A DNA stretch of 63,643 nt, counting the filler, from Calcarisporiella thermophila CBS 279.70 (taxonomy: Eukaryota; Fungi; Calcarisporiellomycota), in assembly GCF_041956535.1 (NCBI RefSeq). It is 13 parts of 11 records of this genome, joined end to end, with 100 filler letters (N's around TTAATTAATTAA, not from the genome) between each part and the next. Parts side by side here need not be neighbours in the genome. Positions count along the whole stretch, not along the records: positions 57,941 to 61,703 come from NW_027192191.1; positions 61,804 to 63,643 come from NW_027192216.1; 11 more parts are not named here. One strand, written 5' to 3'. Made by a program: the position numbers and the translations under genes. Within the stretch, counting starts at the first letter, position 1. Every line of letters starts with the position of its first letter. Below are positions 60,000 through 63,643 of this stretch, piece by piece. The notes under the pieces were generated by a model that saw only the letters and a program-made list of their open reading frames with translations, did not search any database and was not told the DNA's origin.

Positions 60000-62743
60000 A
60001 GAGTATTTCTACTTTTGGGCTTCTCTATAATAGTAGTCATCTTTGTTGTTATCTTGACGATATTTATTATTGTTAGCTTGCTGATCTGTTGTTGTTTTTA
60101 CCTTATTTTCTGAAAGACGAATTTTTAGTTTGATTTTTATGTTCTCATCTTTGAGCTATTTTTTATTCTCTACTTCAATTTAAACACATCCATTTTGTCA
60201 TTGAATTAGCAGTTAGTTCGAGAAAATGCGCGTACCCCGACAGTGAAAAGCTCATCGGGTAATTTGGGCCAGATAGAAGTCATAGTTCCTTGCCCACCAT
60301 GGTTTTCAGTTTGGAGGGTTGCAGCTGTAGCGACATTACAGTTTGAATTGAGTCCAGCTTCAATATCTTCTTTATGAGGTCTCACTCGTTTATGTTTGAG
60401 TAGCAGGCTGAATTGTGTCCATATACCCATAATGTTGTCTTTATGCACAAGTATGTGTTAGAAAATCGAGTGAATGGCCTTTCAAAAATAAATAATCAAA
60501 ATAGCACGACTCCAAAGTTAAATCTCTTTATATAGAATTTATTTTCCCTATGATAACATTTGATATTGGACATGAACTTTTCTCAAAGTTTCACCTCGCT
60601 AAAAAAGGTAAGGAAATGGAGTAGTTTTGCTATGCAAATATCTGGTAAGAAAAGTTTTTAACAATGAAACCAATTTTTTTCACAAGCACTTCGATCTCGA
60701 TATTCGGATATAATCGCCTATAATCTAATCTAAATAAAATTACTATACTGTGTCGATTGTATTATGTTCCAAAACTTTAAAATAAATGCCAAGAGTGGAA
60801 CATTTCATTTTTTGCCTTGAGAAGCAAGAACTCATAATGTAAAATAGTATTGTTAATTTTCACACATATACTACGTATATGAAATCATTGGCAGATTTCT
60901 AGAATAAACAGCTTTTAAGTTTTGTGGTCCATCTCAATACAACCGATACAAGATTGGAGAGACACATAATTCCACATCTACTACCGAGGGAAAGTGACAT
61001 AGAGGGATATAGCTCCGATTGAATTATTCCAATTTCTAAAGAACGATTAATTAAATAAAAAATGATGACGTAGTGTTTATTCACAGATACTATGAATCGA
61101 AACTAACAAATATAGCTGTTACATATGTTACTTTCAGATCTTCTTAATCTCTGTCTACGTAGCGACGTCATCATTTATTGGATATATATACGTACATTTG
61201 AGATTGTAATAAATTAATAAGGAGTTAAATCTTTCTCTCCAACTAAAAACCCCCGTCACAATAGCAACCGTATCAAAAAAGCCACATTGAACAATTTTTA
61301 TTGTTTTAAATTTCGATCAGATTGATTCAAAGTAAAAGTAATTAACAGGAAAGCCAGTCATATTGTAATAGACATAATTAATCGTGCGTGAGATTAATAC
61401 AACATAAATTCATACATATTTTTTTCAACTCCACTGACCATCAGTGCGCTAGGATGGCAAAGATTTGTTGTATAGAATACGCGTACTCTGCACTAGTGAT
61501 TAATCGATGGTAGTTAATGGTCTGCTAGCCAAATAAAATGCAGGCTATACATTCATTGTCTTAGATCATCCTGCACGGTAACAGACAAAAGATAATTAGA
61601 CCCTCTTTAAATAATATGGGAGTTTCCAATCTTGATCAGACATACCGCATTTAGATTTTGAAGAATCAGCGTTTCAGAACTCTCTGCAACAGTATTAATA
61701 TTTNNNNNNNNNNNNNNNNNNNNNNNNNNNNNNNNNNNNNNNNNNNNTTAATTAATTAANNNNNNNNNNNNNNNNNNNNNNNNNNNNNNNNNNNNNNNNN
61801 NNNGAGGATAATTTTCAATAAAGGTCCTTTGTTAAATAAAAACATTATTTTCTATCTCCTATTTTTTTTTTGAGATCTCTAGTGTACCTCGGATACCATC
61901 CATCCTACACAATTGCTTACGCGTAGCAAGCACCCAGAAAACCAAAGGCCCAGATGAGAAACCAACTCTGGAGAATTTCAGTGCAATGGAAAACTTCTCC
62001 ACGATTACTGTCCCTCATTAATGTCCCTTACACATCATATTTCTTGTGTCTGGATTCTCTGCTATTACATTCTTACCTGTCCTGCAATTTCTGCCAGTAA
62101 TTGGCTATAATCTACACAAAGAAGATCTTTGAATCCTCTTTTCAATTAATGTCGATAGGATACTTTACAATAAAGATCCATAATTAAAAAATCCTTATTC
62201 TTTTTTATTTTGATCTACCTCTCTCTTTTCTCCCGATGAAAAAGACTTTGAGCATGTTCACATTTTGTTACTCAAATGTATTAATTTTCTATAAAATATT
62301 TCATTTTTCGTATATGCTAGAGTAAGCCAAGAGCAAAACCTGATATTGGTATTGACGTAGTAAATAGGAAATATTGAAACAATCGGGCAAATCTTTATAA
62401 AATAGGGGGCGAATTAATATATCTGGCTTTGATTGACTATGGTTGCAGGAATCCAATGGAACCCGTGGTACTCAGCATCAGAACTGGATATACCATAAAA
62501 TGCGTGTTTCAGGAGGTAGTATAACATGTTCGACACTCACAACAATTGATAACTGTATACGAGCTTGTGGACATTGATGCCTGAGTTCGTTTCTAGCTCC
62601 TCAACATCAGCATTTTAGATTATTCCCCCAAGATTTTCTCTCCCCTACGAAGAGACTACTGAAGTATACAAAAAGATGATGGGCGGATTAGTTTCCGGAC
62701 AATTAGAGACATTAGTTTTATAAAAAGAGGTTTGCAATAAAAG

Positions 62744-62825
62744 TGACGAGAGTGGGATTCGAACCCACGCCTCCGAAGAGATCACGGCCTTAACGTGACG
62801 CCTTAGACCGCTCGGCCATCTCGCC
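62744..62825 (-). tRNA. tRNA-Leu(AAG)
   Basis: Acceptor GGCGAGA/TCTCGTC, anticodon arm TCACG-TTAAGGC-CGTGA, long variable arm. Confidence 0.95.
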
Positions 62826-62840
62826 TATCACATTTGTTAT

Positions 62841-63555
62841 TGTTACGAGGATATTGGTTTTTGGTACGGAAAAGTCACATAAGCAGTCACTTAGATACTC
62901 GGGAGGTGAGGGGGGAGGGTTAGTGTAGTGGACTATCCCTGGTATGCCGATGAGAACGGCGTGGGTTCGAATCCCACCTCCCCCACCAGCACTTACTCTT
63001 AGTTTGTGACTGCTGTCCACTTGATCAGAAGCTGAGTCTTGATTATTGAAAAGATCGCCCTTACGATAAGTAAAAAGATTACATTGGTTTCACGTACATG
63101 CTATTCACGACAACTACGATACACGCATATCGATTGAACGTCTATCGATCCAGGACCTATATCTCGTTATGTTAAGTCCATTGACATAAACTTCATGTAA
63201 TATATGGAAATTAAATAAAAGTTTCCATTGATTGATCAAAAAAAAAAAATACTCGGGAGGTGAGATGGTGGTCTTTACAGTAAGCCGGTTCACCCGAAGA
63301 CATCACATGACCGAAGTTAAGGTTGCATTGTTGATCTTTTGTTGTTTCTTTGTGATCGTTTGTTTTGGAAAGATGCATTTTTAGTTCATCCTTGGGAACA
63401 TCTATTTCGAGTCATTTTCTTGATTTCCCATCCCTATTTAAACCCATCTATTTTGTCTTGTTGTCCTCACCAATTTCCCTGAATTATAAAGATAAATTCC
63501 TTATTTTATCAAGATCCGGACACCCCTCCACACAAACCTCCTTTCACCCGTAACA
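62841..63555 (+). mobile_element. Solo LTR family B containing a SINE
   Basis: TGTTACG...CGTAACA termini, 4-bp TSD TTAT, 15 bp upstream of tRNA-Leu. Confidence 0.9.
62911..63249 (+). mobile_element. SINE family 1, full-length copy
   Basis: Perfect TSD TACTCGGGAGGTGAG at 62896 and 63250. Confidence 0.95.
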
Positions 63556-63643
63556 TTATGTGGAATTTAGGAAATGTGGAGAAATAGCACCGAAAATCTC
63601 AAACTTGATAGGAACTTGTGATTTCAAATTGGATTCATCAAAA

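Overview
The window is eukaryotic, most likely an early-diverging fungus (inferred from short GT-AG introns plus SPA2, Whi5-like, YANK kinase, otubain and PRP45 genes). It is not one locus: 13 contigs/scaffolds are joined by artificial N-TTAATTAATTAA-N spacers. It holds about 10 host genes, 7 tRNA genes, three Ty3/gypsy internal regions, a DIRS-type tyrosine-recombinase retroelement, many solo LTRs and many L1/Tx1-like LINE fragments. The main discovery is an apparent two-tier retroelement system targeted to tRNA genes. (i) A ~335-bp tRNA-derived SINE and related LINEs sit head-to-head about 75-85 bp upstream of six of the seven tRNA genes, with a probable remnant at the seventh. The ~15-bp TSDs differ between loci, so targeting looks positional rather than sequence-specific. 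(ii) Gypsy LTRs sit 11-22 bp upstream of five of the seven tRNA genes. Repeated hits at one site have built stacks of identical TSDs. All calls come from reading motifs by eye; no database search was run, and boundaries of degenerate fragments are approximate.
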